DNA of 64,000 nucleotides from Minutocellus sp. GHC0000111. Lineage: Eukaryota. The position numbers and the translations under genes were made by a program. The notes under the pieces were generated by a model, which was given only the letters and a program-made list of their open reading frames with translations, was not told the origin of the DNA and searched no databases. Below, piece by piece: positions 21,207 to 31,313 of the stretch; position 1 is the stretch's first letter; each line of letters starts with the position of its first letter. The stretch spans positions 2,728,001-2,792,000 of the forward strand of contig OZ361259.1 of assembly GCA_977018835.1 (NCBI GenBank), written 5' to 3'.

Positions 21207-24200
21207 ATGGCCAGCACCGCCACGACCACCGCCGGCCCTCCCGGCAACAGCGGAAAGGAGAATTCGACGGCCACGACCAAGGCCCTGGCGCTCAGGAGGC
21301 GTCGGTCCAAGGGGACGATTGCCGGATACGGAGCATCGGCCACGGCTTCAGCAGCAGCAGGGACAGCAGGAGGTGATAGCGGCAGCAAGGGTGGCGGCGC
21401 TGGTACGAGTAGCAGTTCGTCGTCGAAAATGAATGGAGCCGCAGGAGGAGCAGCAAAAGCCGACCCCGAAACGGATAAAGACCCGTCGTTGGCTGGTGCT
21501 GCTGGGGGCGACGGTGATGCCTCGGGCAGCTCCGACGGTCCCGCTGATGGCGGATCAGGAAGACGACCGCAGCACGCGGGTTCGGCGGCGTCGGATAATA
21601 TCGACGGCAGCATAATAAAGCCCAAGTCCGACGGTGGCGGTGCAGGAGGAGGAGCAGCGGCAGCGCCCGTTCCTCCCAAGCCCTGCCACTCCAGCCGGAT
21701 GGCCCTCCTATGCGTGCAGAATGCCATCTACATGGGTGCCCGGACGCAGCTCGGATTTTGCCCGCCGGGTCGGGCGCGAAGGAAGCTCGCCGGACGGTTG
21801 AGAGAACGGAAGGAGACGGACAAGAACAGCGGCGGCAGTGGTGCCGGTGGTGGAAGTGGACGGCAACTCGGCGGCAGTCTCACCAGTAGCGCCGGCAGCT
21901 CGACCGCGGCCGCCGGCGTCAGCGCATCTCTGTCCCGCGGTCGGTTGGGGCGGGTGACCTCTGTCTCCTCCTCGACGGCGTCGGCGGCGGCCGCCGCCGC
22001 AGCCAGGCTGTTGGCAGAGGATGGGCTCATCATCGAACGGATCCTGGGAGAGGACGGGCTGCGCCAATACGACGCTGCCGAGGAGGAGTGCCTAACCAAC
22101 GCGGACTACTTTGAGAACCAGATCAACAGCGACGGGGACGAGCTCATCGAGGACCCCTCCTCCGGCGACGACGACGACCTCGACGCCGATGGGGACGATG
22201 CTCGGATCCCCCGCTCGTCGGACCCCGCCGCGACCCTGCGATCCCACGTCCACCGGGAGCCATTGTATACACCCTCTGGGTCCGACCCCGCCAGTGCTGC
22301 GCAGAATGGAACTGTCGGGGCCATGGTCGGTGGATCGGCGTCTTTGGGCAAGCTCCCCTTCAATCAACGCAAGGTACGGTGGTTTGACAGTGTGGCTGCA
22401 TCCGACCGCGCTGCCGCCCGACAGTACCTCCGAACGGAACTCTCCAAGTTGAGGAAGCGTGACGGGGCAATGCTGGTGAAACCTTCTCTCCCCGACAATA
22501 TGACGCCGCGTTTGAGTGCAGCCATGGTTCTGGAGAGCCTTTCTCTCAACCAGCTTGAAAGTGTGGAGGGTATGTCCAAATGCTACGATGCTATTGTTGC
22601 TGCTGGTAGTGCCATCCTTGACGCCGAGCTTGATGGAGGAACATCTCCGGCCAATGGTTCTGCGACATCGCCTGCTGGAAGTGCGTCCAAGTTCTCCTTT
22701 GGCACTCGTAGCGCAGGAGAGTCAGCTTCGAAGAAGAAGCCGACCAAATCGGAAATCATGGCCGCCCTGGCGCCAGTCCTCATCACGACGCTCGAACAGC
22801 CAGCTGGGGAGGTCATCCTTGCTCTTGCCAACCTCCGGCGGATGTGTGGAACCCGACGGTATCAACGGCGATTTGTACAGAGAGTCGCACCGAGCATCAT
22901 CCGACCCCCCAGCGGAGCCATGTGGTGCTTGCGGCACCAGAGAGACATGGAAGCTATCCTCGCCTGCGCAGAAATGATGTTCGAAATGGCTCATGATATC
23001 TTCTCCGCTGGATGGCACGAGCGCGGAAGGCAAATCCTGGCCGACTCCGTACGTGCTGGCGCCCTCAGGGCCGCCGCCGAACAGCTCAAGAGCCTCTCCT
23101 CTCCTCAGAGCAGTGACAGTCTGATAACAGGCCTGTCGGGTGCGAGAATACACAGCCGTGGCAATGCCCTGAAGAAGGGGGCGACACCATCAGAAGGTGT
23201 AGAGCCTCTTGCCGAGTGGGAGGTCCTAGCGGTCGATGTAGAGATCCGAAGCTCCATTAACAACCTCTTTTCGAAGGACTGGTCGCGTCAGATTGCAACG
23301 AGTCACTCGGTGCCTCGAGACGATGCCTCCGTCGGATCCTACAGGCACCGAAGGGGTATCAGCTCTGCCAAGCCGAAACCCGTGGAAGGCGAGAAACCGT
23401 CGGAGATATCTTCGAGTTCCCTCGTCCCCGCGGCTTCGAGTGCCCTTTTGCAGCCGCCACCATCGCCGATCGCCGCTACGCTGAGTCCCCGATCTCTCCA
23501 CCACAAAGCGCCTCTTCCCCTTTCTCCGGCATCTCAAATGCCACCTCCAGCATCCACGCAAGTTTTGCAGCCTAATTCTGACTCGTTGGACTCTGTCTTC
23601 GGACAATCGTTCACATCTGGTTCTGAAGGCGGTATGGTCGCACCTGGATCGCCGTCCTCACGGAAGACTCACAAAGCCTACGTTGGCGATACGACCGGCA
23701 ACCGCTCCCCCCCACATACTCCAACGCCTACTCAGCAAACGCCGCCGAGATCTCCTTTGATCGAAGCAAGAGGTGACCCAGGAATGGACAGCGCAATGGT
23801 GGCTGCCCCACAACTTCCATCCATGTCCTCAGATGCACCGAGCGCTCCCTTGACCCCAGGCAGGTCGAGCCAGTCCCAAGCCATTGTTCACAGCCCCGTC
23901 CCCCTTTCTCCCATGTCCGTTGGTGCCGCATCGTATTCCAGCATGGACTCTAACCGCATCACAAGTGGTGCGTCAGTCTCGTCATCGGTCACCGGAAGCC
24001 AGACGGCGCAGCAGTCTGCCCAGACAGCGTATCTTCGCACTCTTACGTCGACAGCAGCAGAGCGAAAGAGAACCGTCGCTGCGTGTCGAGCTCTTCGTGC
24101 GCAGATCAGCCGTTTTGAAGAAGCCTTCATTCAGCTACACGGACGACCGCCAAAGGGTGCGGCTGAACGTGCGCCGTTGGCTACCACATATGCACAGTAT

Positions 24201-25373
24201 CGAGAGTGGAAGCGAGCAATCCGCGCCGATGCTGCGTGTCGTATACAGGCTTTGTTCCGAGGGGCGAGGGTACGATGGATGCTGCTTCGTAGCAATAACC
24301 CGCGCATGTCGAGAGTTGTTCTGACGCGTGCCGGTCGTCCAGACTTTGGGTCTGCTAGTGCAGGAAATGTTCCTGGCACGGAAAGATCTGATGCCTCAGC
24401 AGGACGAGGCTCGCAGAATCACGTCCTCAACAAGATCAGTATTCCAGTCGAGATTGGTGGTGACAAGGCAGATAGCCTTGCTACTCCTATTCTTACGCAG
24501 AAGGCCAGCCCTCCGTCATCGCGTGTAGGCTCTCTTGTACGTACTGGCGAGAACGAGACCAGTGAAGGTGATGCGAATGATGCTCCAGGGCAGCCAATTT
24601 CACCGCAGCTCTCCCCTAACTGGTCTGGCAACCCACCAAATCTCTCAGTTGCGAAGCGTATGACGGCCGCAGACTCATCAACCCCTTCGGATGGGCCGTC
24701 TCCTTCCTCGGCATCTCCCTCTGGACGTGTATCAATTTCCAATCTGACGTTTGGAGGAGTTCACATGAATGACTTGCCCGTTCAAGACCTACAGGCAAGA
24801 AAGCGCGAGCTCAAGCAACAGCTCAAGCAATACGACATGAACTTTGCTAAAATTCATGGCAGGATGCCGGTGAAGGCGGAAAAAGAACCAATCCGCCACC
24901 TCTACGAGAGTTACAATGCCCTCAAAGCTCGCATCACCTACCTCGAGAGAGAAGGCATCAATCCCAGCGGCCCGCCAATGCCCTATCGACGATCGCAGTC
25001 CGATCGGGGAAGCTTGGCCCACTCTTCTGCTGGATCGGTTGGCTCGGCAGCATCCGATGCAAGTTCCGGCGACGAAGCTCCCATGGATATCCGCGAACCC
25101 CCACGGTCGTCCAAACGCAAGGATAAGTCACCGAGCAGCGCCTCAGGATCGCCATCTGCCGCAGGCTCATCGTCCCAGGACCTCGCTTCACTCAAGGCCG
25201 AGAAGGGCCAGCTTCACCAGATGCTTCGCTCTTATGAGAAGGATTTCTTCAAGCTACACAATCGACAGGTGTCGAGCTTTGCCGACATCCGTCCGGTTGC
25301 AAGTCAATATCGTCGGTATAAGGAAATCAAAAAGGCCATCGCCGCCGCCCAGCAGGGACAAGGAGAAAAGTAA
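21207..25373 (+). CDS. Large low-complexity protein with three FAM13-type C-terminal helical repeats and an IQ motif
   Basis: FEEAFIQLHGRPP..YAQYREWK, YDMNFAKIHGRMP..YESYNALK and YEKDFFKLHNRQ..YRRYKEIK repeats; IQALFRGARVR. Confidence 0.7.
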   Translation: MASTATTTAGPPGNSGKENSTATTKALALRRRRSKGTIAGYGASATASAAAGTAGGDSGSKGGGAGTSSSSSSKMNGAAGGAAKADPETDKDPSLAGAAGGDGDASGSSDGPADGGSGRRPQHAGSAASDNIDGSIIKPKSDGGGAGGGAAAAPVPPKPCHSSRMALLCVQNAIYMGARTQLGFCPPGRARRKLAGRLRERKETDKNSGGSGAGGGSGRQLGGSLTSSAGSSTAAAGVSASLSRGRLGRVTSVSSSTASAAAAAAARLLAEDGLIIERILGEDGLRQYDAAEEECLTNADYFENQINSDGDELIEDPSSGDDDDLDADGDDARIPRSSDPAATLRSHVHREPLYTPSGSDPASAAQNGTVGAMVGGSASLGKLPFNQRKVRWFDSVAASDRAAARQYLRTELSKLRKRDGAMLVKPSLPDNMTPRLSAAMVLESLSLNQLESVEGMSKCYDAIVAAGSAILDAELDGGTSPANGSATSPAGSASKFSFGTRSAGESASKKKPTKSEIMAALAPVLITTLEQPAGEVILALANLRRMCGTRRYQRRFVQRVAPSIIRPPSGAMWCLRHQRDMEAILACAEMMFEMAHDIFSAGWHERGRQILADSVRAGALRAAAEQLKSLSSPQSSDSLITGLSGARIHSRGNALKKGATPSEGVEPLAEWEVLAVDVEIRSSINNLFSKDWSRQIATSHSVPRDDASVGSYRHRRGISSAKPKPVEGEKPSEISSSSLVPAASSALLQPPPSPIAATLSPRSLHHKAPLPLSPASQMPPPASTQVLQPNSDSLDSVFGQSFTSGSEGGMVAPGSPSSRKTHKAYVGDTTGNRSPPHTPTPTQQTPPRSPLIEARGDPGMDSAMVAAPQLPSMSSDAPSAPLTPGRSSQSQAIVHSPVPLSPMSVGAASYSSMDSNRITSGASVSSSVTGSQTAQQSAQTAYLRTLTSTAAERKRTVAACRALRAQISRFEEAFIQLHGRPPKGAAERAPLATTYAQYREWKRAIRADAACRIQALFRGARVRWMLLRSNNPRMSRVVLTRAGRPDFGSASAGNVPGTERSDASAGRGSQNHVLNKISIPVEIGGDKADSLATPILTQKASPPSSRVGSLVRTGENETSEGDANDAPGQPISPQLSPNWSGNPPNLSVAKRMTAADSSTPSDGPSPSSASPSGRVSISNLTFGGVHMNDLPVQDLQARKRELKQQLKQYDMNFAKIHGRMPVKAEKEPIRHLYESYNALKARITYLEREGINPSGPPMPYRRSQSDRGSLAHSSAGSVGSAASDASSGDEAPMDIREPPRSSKRKDKSPSSASGSPSAAGSSSQDLASLKAEKGQLHQMLRSYEKDFFKLHNRQVSSFADIRPVASQYRRYKEIKKAIAAAQQGQGEK

Positions 25374-25518
25374 TAGAAATAGACCACACCCACACCGCCA
25401 ACACACATCGCATCGCATATTCATTCTAAAATGACTGTTCGTTGTTCATAAAGCTAAGAATAAGCTCCGACTGTTTACCTTGCAAAAGTTTTTCTATTCA
25501 ATATGTTTACTGTGTACT

Positions 25519-26598
25519 TTAGACAAGCAAATGAGGTGCCAGGATGGCATCGTAATAGATTACAATCTCAGCTTGGCCTTTGGCAATCAGTCGTTGAAGA
25601 GTGGACGACCCGATTTCCTTAGCAATGCGACTTTTCGACCCAATGCTGTAATCAGTGTAATCTCTCTTGTTTGGAGAAGGAAGAAGGAATTGAAAAGTCT
25701 TGTGACCGTGTCCTGATTGGGAAATGAATACACCGAGAATCATGTCGACAGTCCAATTGCTCGAAACCCTGTAGCAACTCTCTTCTTCCAAAGAAGAGGC
25801 GTTGCGCATTATTACTCGAACCAAGCTTACTTCCACAGGCTTCCTTTGTACGTACCGGCCAATCCTTTCATATGTCCGATCGATCCATTGTTCTGGTAAT
25901 TTTTTAAGGACGAATGCCAACACATTGCTTGGTTTCGAAACGGGATCATCATTGGTGAGACAGGCTCGGACGAACAGCTCGGCTTCGTGGACAAGAGCAA
26001 GACCATCGATTGATGACTTCATCGTCGCAGGGGCTATAGAAGTAGCCTTGTCGCTTGGGATGTTGACAGAGCTCGAGAATGCACTTCTTTCTCCGAGCTC
26101 TTTTCTTGATCTAGATTCTGTGATAGGCTTTGTCGGTTGTTGCTTCATCATGGCCAGCACCCTTTCAGGTCTGAACTCGTACATCATTTCTAGAAAGGCT
26201 CCCAGGAGAAGGAGCACTGAAGCTGCGCCCCATTCATCAAACGCTGCGCATAGCAGTACATTCGAATACACATACAAATTCGACGACGGCGACACAATTT
26301 CCCCCCATTGCTGCGGCGATGATAGTTCCTCGAGGACGGAGCAGATTGTACTTGTAGTGGTGATCGACGACGACAACGGCCGAGGGTGTTTTGTCATGGG
26401 ACGTGCTACTTGAATATTTTGAGTGGCGTCTTCATTCACGTTACTGCCGCCATTCATCATTCCCTCGTCCTCGCCGATGATTCTGTTGACGGCGCGCTTC
26501 ACGGCACTACTGACGACGCCGCCGCTGGTAGTTGGCTCTTTCATTGTTGCGTTGTTGGTAAGATATGCAGATTGTTTCTCGCTTTGAGATTGTGTCAT
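25519..26598 (-). CDS. Hypothetical protein
   Basis: Long ORF with no recognised motif. The start is uncertain. Confidence 0.5.
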   Translation of the reverse strand: MTQSQSEKQSAYLTNNATMKEPTTSGGVVSSAVKRAVNRIIGEDEGMMNGGSNVNEDATQNIQVARPMTKHPRPLSSSITTTSTICSVLEELSSPQQWGEIVSPSSNLYVYSNVLLCAAFDEWGAASVLLLLGAFLEMMYEFRPERVLAMMKQQPTKPITESRSRKELGERSAFSSSVNIPSDKATSIAPATMKSSIDGLALVHEAELFVRACLTNDDPVSKPSNVLAFVLKKLPEQWIDRTYERIGRYVQRKPVEVSLVRVIMRNASSLEEESCYRVSSNWTVDMILGVFISQSGHGHKTFQFLLPSPNKRDYTDYSIGSKSRIAKEIGSSTLQRLIAKGQAEIVIYYDAILAPHLLV

Positions 26599-26790
26599 CG
26601 TCAGCCAAGTCATTCGTGGATGATTGACCTGGCGATGGCCGAACTTCAAGACTTCAAGTGCCGCTACGTAGCTACCTAGGTACGTAGCTAGAGCGCTGTT
26701 CACCGCCCCGTTCCGATGATTCCTGCCATCAGTTGGCAGTCACTACCACAGCACTATTTGTCTGGTCGCATCATACTTAACACCCACCAC

Positions 26791-27893
26791 ATGATGGCCA
26801 CATTGTTTACAGTGCTTTTCTCGCTCTTTTGCGCCGCAGAGGCATTCAGTCCTTCTCCTCTACCCCATTTCAATGCTGCAAGTAGAATCACTACTTTGTC
26901 GGCTGCTGCCACTTCAGTTGCCCCCTCGGCCAAAACCTCGGCGGAAAGCACTGCTATCGTCGATCTCAAGGCGCAAATACTGGCATCGATCGAACCAACC
27001 AAAAGAGGCCTCTCCACCACGGAAGAGCAGCGCGGCACAATCGAGGCACAGATTCGTTCCCTCGAGGCGGCATGTCCATTGGACGAGCCAGCCAGAGATC
27101 CAAGGATGGCCGGCGGTTGGGAGGTTCTTTACACTACAGCGCCACCCCCATCCAATGGAAAGCTGGGGCCATTTGTCGGGGTTGCCAAGCAAGCTATTGA
27201 CCTCCGGGGTAGGGGCTACAAAAATATTTTGCAAGTTGGCTCAGAGGACAATGTGTGGTTATCCGCTGTACTAGATGCGAGCTGGGAGGAGTGGAACGGT
27301 GAATTGCTGGAGGAGAAATCAATAGGCGGCGGCGAGAAATGGAGAGCCGCCGTTGTTGATGCCGCTGAGGTTTCTTCAGGGGAAGAGACTACTGACAGTA
27401 GCGATGGAAACGATGCTAATGGCACATCACCTTCTCCATGGGGTGGTCTAATGAGTATGTTTGGAGGGAAGACGAGCGACAAAAGCAAGAAGACGGTAGA
27501 TTTTGGAGCAACCAATTGGAAGGTTGACTTCAAGACCATCACTATTTCCCTCTTTGGCATTCCATTGCTGAAGAATACTTTCCCAGAGAATACAGCGCGA
27601 GTATGGAAGATGACGTGTGAGTATTATTTTTGTGCAATATTGGAACGAACTTTTTTGTTTCATTTTTGATATATGCATGTATCCAAAAATTGCAATCGAG
27701 AGCCAATGCGGTATTTCTTTCATATTTGGAGTAAAAAAATGCTCGCACGTTTGCTAACGAAAGCCATGTATGTTTCCCTTCCATCTCTACAGACCTCGAC
27801 GACGACACTCGAATAGTCAGAGCTGGACGTACGGGCAAGGCGGAAGACGACGTTGTTTTCTATATGATCCGTGATGCTTCTCTCTATTATTAA
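26791..27893 (+). CDS. Plastid lipid-associated protein (PAP/fibrillin), 2 exons
   Basis: AEAF plastid presequence; TKRGL, IRSLEA and GGWEVLYTT. Intron 27617-27792 (GTGAGT...CTACAG) gives WKMTYLDDDTRIVRAG; stop TAA at 27891-27893. Confidence 0.85.
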
Positions 27894-27975
27894 AGAATAG
27901 TAGATCAGTCACTATTTACTTCGTAGCAGCAATTGGCATGTACCTGTAGCTCGCTACAGAACCGGTATCACTCAT

Positions 27976-28337
27976 TCATTCCTCCTGCTTCTTTTCTTGC
28001 CAATTCTGAACCCGTTTTTCAAGCTCGACACCGCCGGCCCAGAACGAAAAGAGAATATAGGCCAGAAATATAAATCCGCCTGGCGTTTTGTAGTTGGCAG
28101 CTACGTCGTTTGCGGTGGCGCTGTCTGCAATGAGGAGATGGTGGTCCGCTACATTTGCGAGCAAGTCCGACGCCGAGGCCAGGTCAGCGTCGACGAAAGT
28201 CAGTTGTGCTTTGGTGTTCTCCGTCCGTCCGAATTTTTGCTCCTCGATCTTCCAGCGATAAATGCCGTCGATAACAATGCCTGGGAGGCAAATACACAGC
28301 AGAGGATTAGTACTGGTAGCGTTCTTCGCCTGCTCAT
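27976..28337 (-). CDS. Small predicted plastid membrane protein, frameshifted near 28235
   Basis: The signal peptide MSRRRTLPVLILCCVFASQALLSTAF is in one frame and the single-TM C-terminus (GGFIFLAYILFSFWAG) is in another. An A5 run lies near the switch. Confidence 0.45.
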
Positions 28338-28657
28338 CTTTGCTTGCCTGTTGCCTGTTGCTCGCGATCGGAGGCCGGAAGAGAATAAGAGAATGATGAG
28401 GCAAGACGGCAAGATAAGAGGCTTATGGGTAGAGGTAGAGGGGGTACATGTAAATATCGGGAAGACCCCTGAATTAATAATTGACGCCAAAAAGAAAGTC
28501 TTTTGGACACGTGTTAGAAAACGCCAGCGAAGCGACACAAGAAAACAGCTCAGGCGCCATGCATCACGACCACGAAGTCTCGGAAGTTAGTTATCCATAT
28601 TCTCATTTCTATTTCCAAATCAATCAAGCGACAGCTCCCACTTCTCACATCTCAAGC

Positions 28658-29076
28658 ATGAAGTCCGCCGCAATCGCCATCAGCAGCCTGCTCCTCGCCG
28701 GAAGTGACGCGTTCGTCCCAACCTCGTCGTCGGCAGGTGTTCGTCGTCAACGTCCATCAACGACAACACCGGTACCCGCATCATCATTGGTGGAATCATC
28801 CCAATTCTCAAGCACAACTTCCATGAGCAGCTCCATCTCGCCCAACCAAGACGAAGCATCGACAATGTTTCCCCTACCGAAGAGTCAAACCTCTCGTGGG
28901 TTGATCTTCCCAGCAACAAGGCCCAGGATCGCGAAGGTCAGGAATTGGCCGATGCCTTTGAGCTCTACGCCGGTCGAGTTGCCATGGTTGCCAGCCTCGG
29001 TCTTCTTGCAGGAGAATTCCTGGATCACAAGAGCATAACAGACCAAGTTCTTTGCGCCCTTCACATCGTCGATTGA
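28658..29076 (+). CDS. One-helix LHC-like protein (OHP/Hlip-like), plastid-targeted; frame change between ~28720 and 28860
   Basis: Presequence MKSAAIAISSLLLAGSDA-FVP. A second frame, missed by the ORF track, reads DAFELYAGRVAMVASLGLLAGEFLDHKSITDQV*, which is an ExxxGRxAM LHC helix. Confidence 0.65.
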
Positions 29077-29596
29077 GCGCACTCAGCAATCTGCACATAA
29101 TTCTTTTGCTGCACAAAACACAAAATGGCTACATTGAGCATTGAGCATATGGATCTCAGTAGCATTGGATGACAACGCAACGGTAGCTGTGACGCAACGG
29201 TAGCAGTGTAGCAGTGCCAGGCCAACCAAGCACAAGCACGAACACATAGCTGTACACCTACAACTCGGCACAAACTTCGGTCAAATCGATCTCCGAATTT
29301 GGCCTGCACAACACCTTGCTTCATCCATCGAGGTCCTGACGGCTACGCACGTAGCTCTTGTCGACGTCAAGCACAAGCCGCCACGGGTTTGTGAAGGCTA
29401 ACTAGCTAGATACTGCAAGTACATCTTGCGATGGATCTGATTCTAGCCGATATAGATAGTATAAAATCCTTTAGAAATTTATTTTAGATCTCGAACTTGG
29501 TACCGTTTTAGTGGTTCAGCACAAAGCAAATCACAGTCGCCCGACAAATCATCTATCTTTATTGTGAGAAGCGAATGCAAATCATTTTCAAATATG

Positions 29597-30811
29597 CTAG
29601 TATTCCTGAGTAAAGAGCTGCAATGGTGGAGCCTTCGAGTTGATCAGAACCTCGTCTCCTAGGACCAGATTGTGGCTCAGGTGCGAGCCATCGATAAAGA
29701 TTCGGCCCTTTTGCGAGTTCCAACGAAGATGAAGCTGCTCATCCTCGCCCAATAGGCCATTGTTCAATCCCTTGACATCCTCTTGTGCGCCCGAGGAGGT
29801 ATTCGATGATGCCTTCTCGATCATGTGCTCACGGATCAAGTACTGCAGACATTTTGATTCCATGTCCATCGGCATTCCACCGCCTGCTGCCATAGCAGCC
29901 GTTGAGCCCGTGGACGTGGAAACCCACATGCCAGAACTCCAAACATTGAGGGAATTCTTCACGTCATATGTCTGTCCACCGAACCTCGTCACCGTTCCAT
30001 ACTGACTGGTGGGAGCGCGGGCAAAGCCACCAACACCCGCGGATCCTACTCCGTTGCCGTTGCTACTGAAGCTCCTAGCACCAGGTGCTCCAGTTGGATT
30101 GGCCGAGGATGTTCTTGGGTACAGGCCGGTGCCACCACCATCTCGAAGAGGAGCTGCGGCATCATCCAAGTTTACCTCCTCTAACCAACCCATGCGGAAA
30201 CGACTAACCGCCGCCGGACTTGGATTGGCAATTAACAGATCGTTCAGTGCCGGCACCAGCCGGGTTTCGGAAAAGGTCGATTTAACAACGCATTGAATGC
30301 GTGTCCTCTCCCTCAGCATGCCACCACCATGCAAGATGCGAGGGACGGCTTCGTGCATGTTGTTGGCAGTGCACATACAAAGAGCACCGTGTGACCTGCG
30401 CTCATCGGTCTTCTTTTTCACTGTGGTCTTGTCCTCCTCCGTGATGGGATCGGAGTTAATACCGAGCAATGGGATGGTGCCATGATCAAAAAAGTGTGCG
30501 GCCGACAAAACAGTTCCATCACCACCGACGGCAACCATCAAATCGACATTTGCCAGATGCTGCCGATCCAGCTCGACGCGATTGACGCAGGAAAAGTCCA
30601 CCCGATGTTCCCGGAGGATGCTGAGGAGTTCGTTCACGCACGATTTGTGCGCCTTGTAACGAGATTCCAATCGCTTCCATCGCAGCGCCTTGGGAGCCTG
30701 CCCTCTCAGCTTCAATTGGCTGTACTCCTCGTATGCCGTCTGTTTGATGACGACGAGGAGGCGCCGAAAGCTGAGGCCAGCACCGGATAGATTTACACCA
30801 GCAGCCGACAT
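29597..30811 (-). CDS. NAD(H) kinase (NADK3-like)
   Basis: VGGDGTVL, LGINSDP, ALND and STSTGSTAAMAAGGG. Confidence 0.9.
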   Translation of the reverse strand: MSAAGVNLSGAGLSFRRLLVVIKQTAYEEYSQLKLRGQAPKALRWKRLESRYKAHKSCVNELLSILREHRVDFSCVNRVELDRQHLANVDLMVAVGGDGTVLSAAHFFDHGTIPLLGINSDPITEEDKTTVKKKTDERRSHGALCMCTANNMHEAVPRILHGGGMLRERTRIQCVVKSTFSETRLVPALNDLLIANPSPAAVSRFRMGWLEEVNLDDAAAPLRDGGGTGLYPRTSSANPTGAPGARSFSSNGNGVGSAGVGGFARAPTSQYGTVTRFGGQTYDVKNSLNVWSSGMWVSTSTGSTAAMAAGGGMPMDMESKCLQYLIREHMIEKASSNTSSGAQEDVKGLNNGLLGEDEQLHLRWNSQKGRIFIDGSHLSHNLVLGDEVLINSKAPPLQLFTQEY

Positions 30812-31313
30812 TATTGAACACGTGTTCGCTGCTAAAGCGCCGAGAGAAGATATATTCGTGGAAAATGGAGGCAGCGAAAGAAGTGCTCACCTCCAACACT
30901 CTGCCTGGAGCAAGTCCTCTGGCGATAATAAGTGCCGGTAACAACAGCAAAAAGATACCGACCAGGCAGTTCTCTTTCGTTATCGGAGGAAAAATTCTAG
31001 TCCCGTCCCGGGATTAGTGCTCGTCGGCGGCCTACCGTACGTACATGTACATGTAGCCCTACGGGTCGGTTCCGGATGAATGATGCATGCGGCCACAGCA
31101 AAACCTTCATTTACTACTACATGTATGTACCGTAAATGTAGAAATTCCTACCGTTAGAGATTGACGTTAGCTACATGTAGGAGACACCAGATCAACATTG
31201 ATCAACACCATGCTCTAACTCGTCCAAATAGTCGAGGCTTCTTGACAGGTTATCTGTCGTGATGGTCTCGTCTTCCTGGCAAAGGCTTGCAGTGCCTTTG
31301 AAGTCGGTAACTA

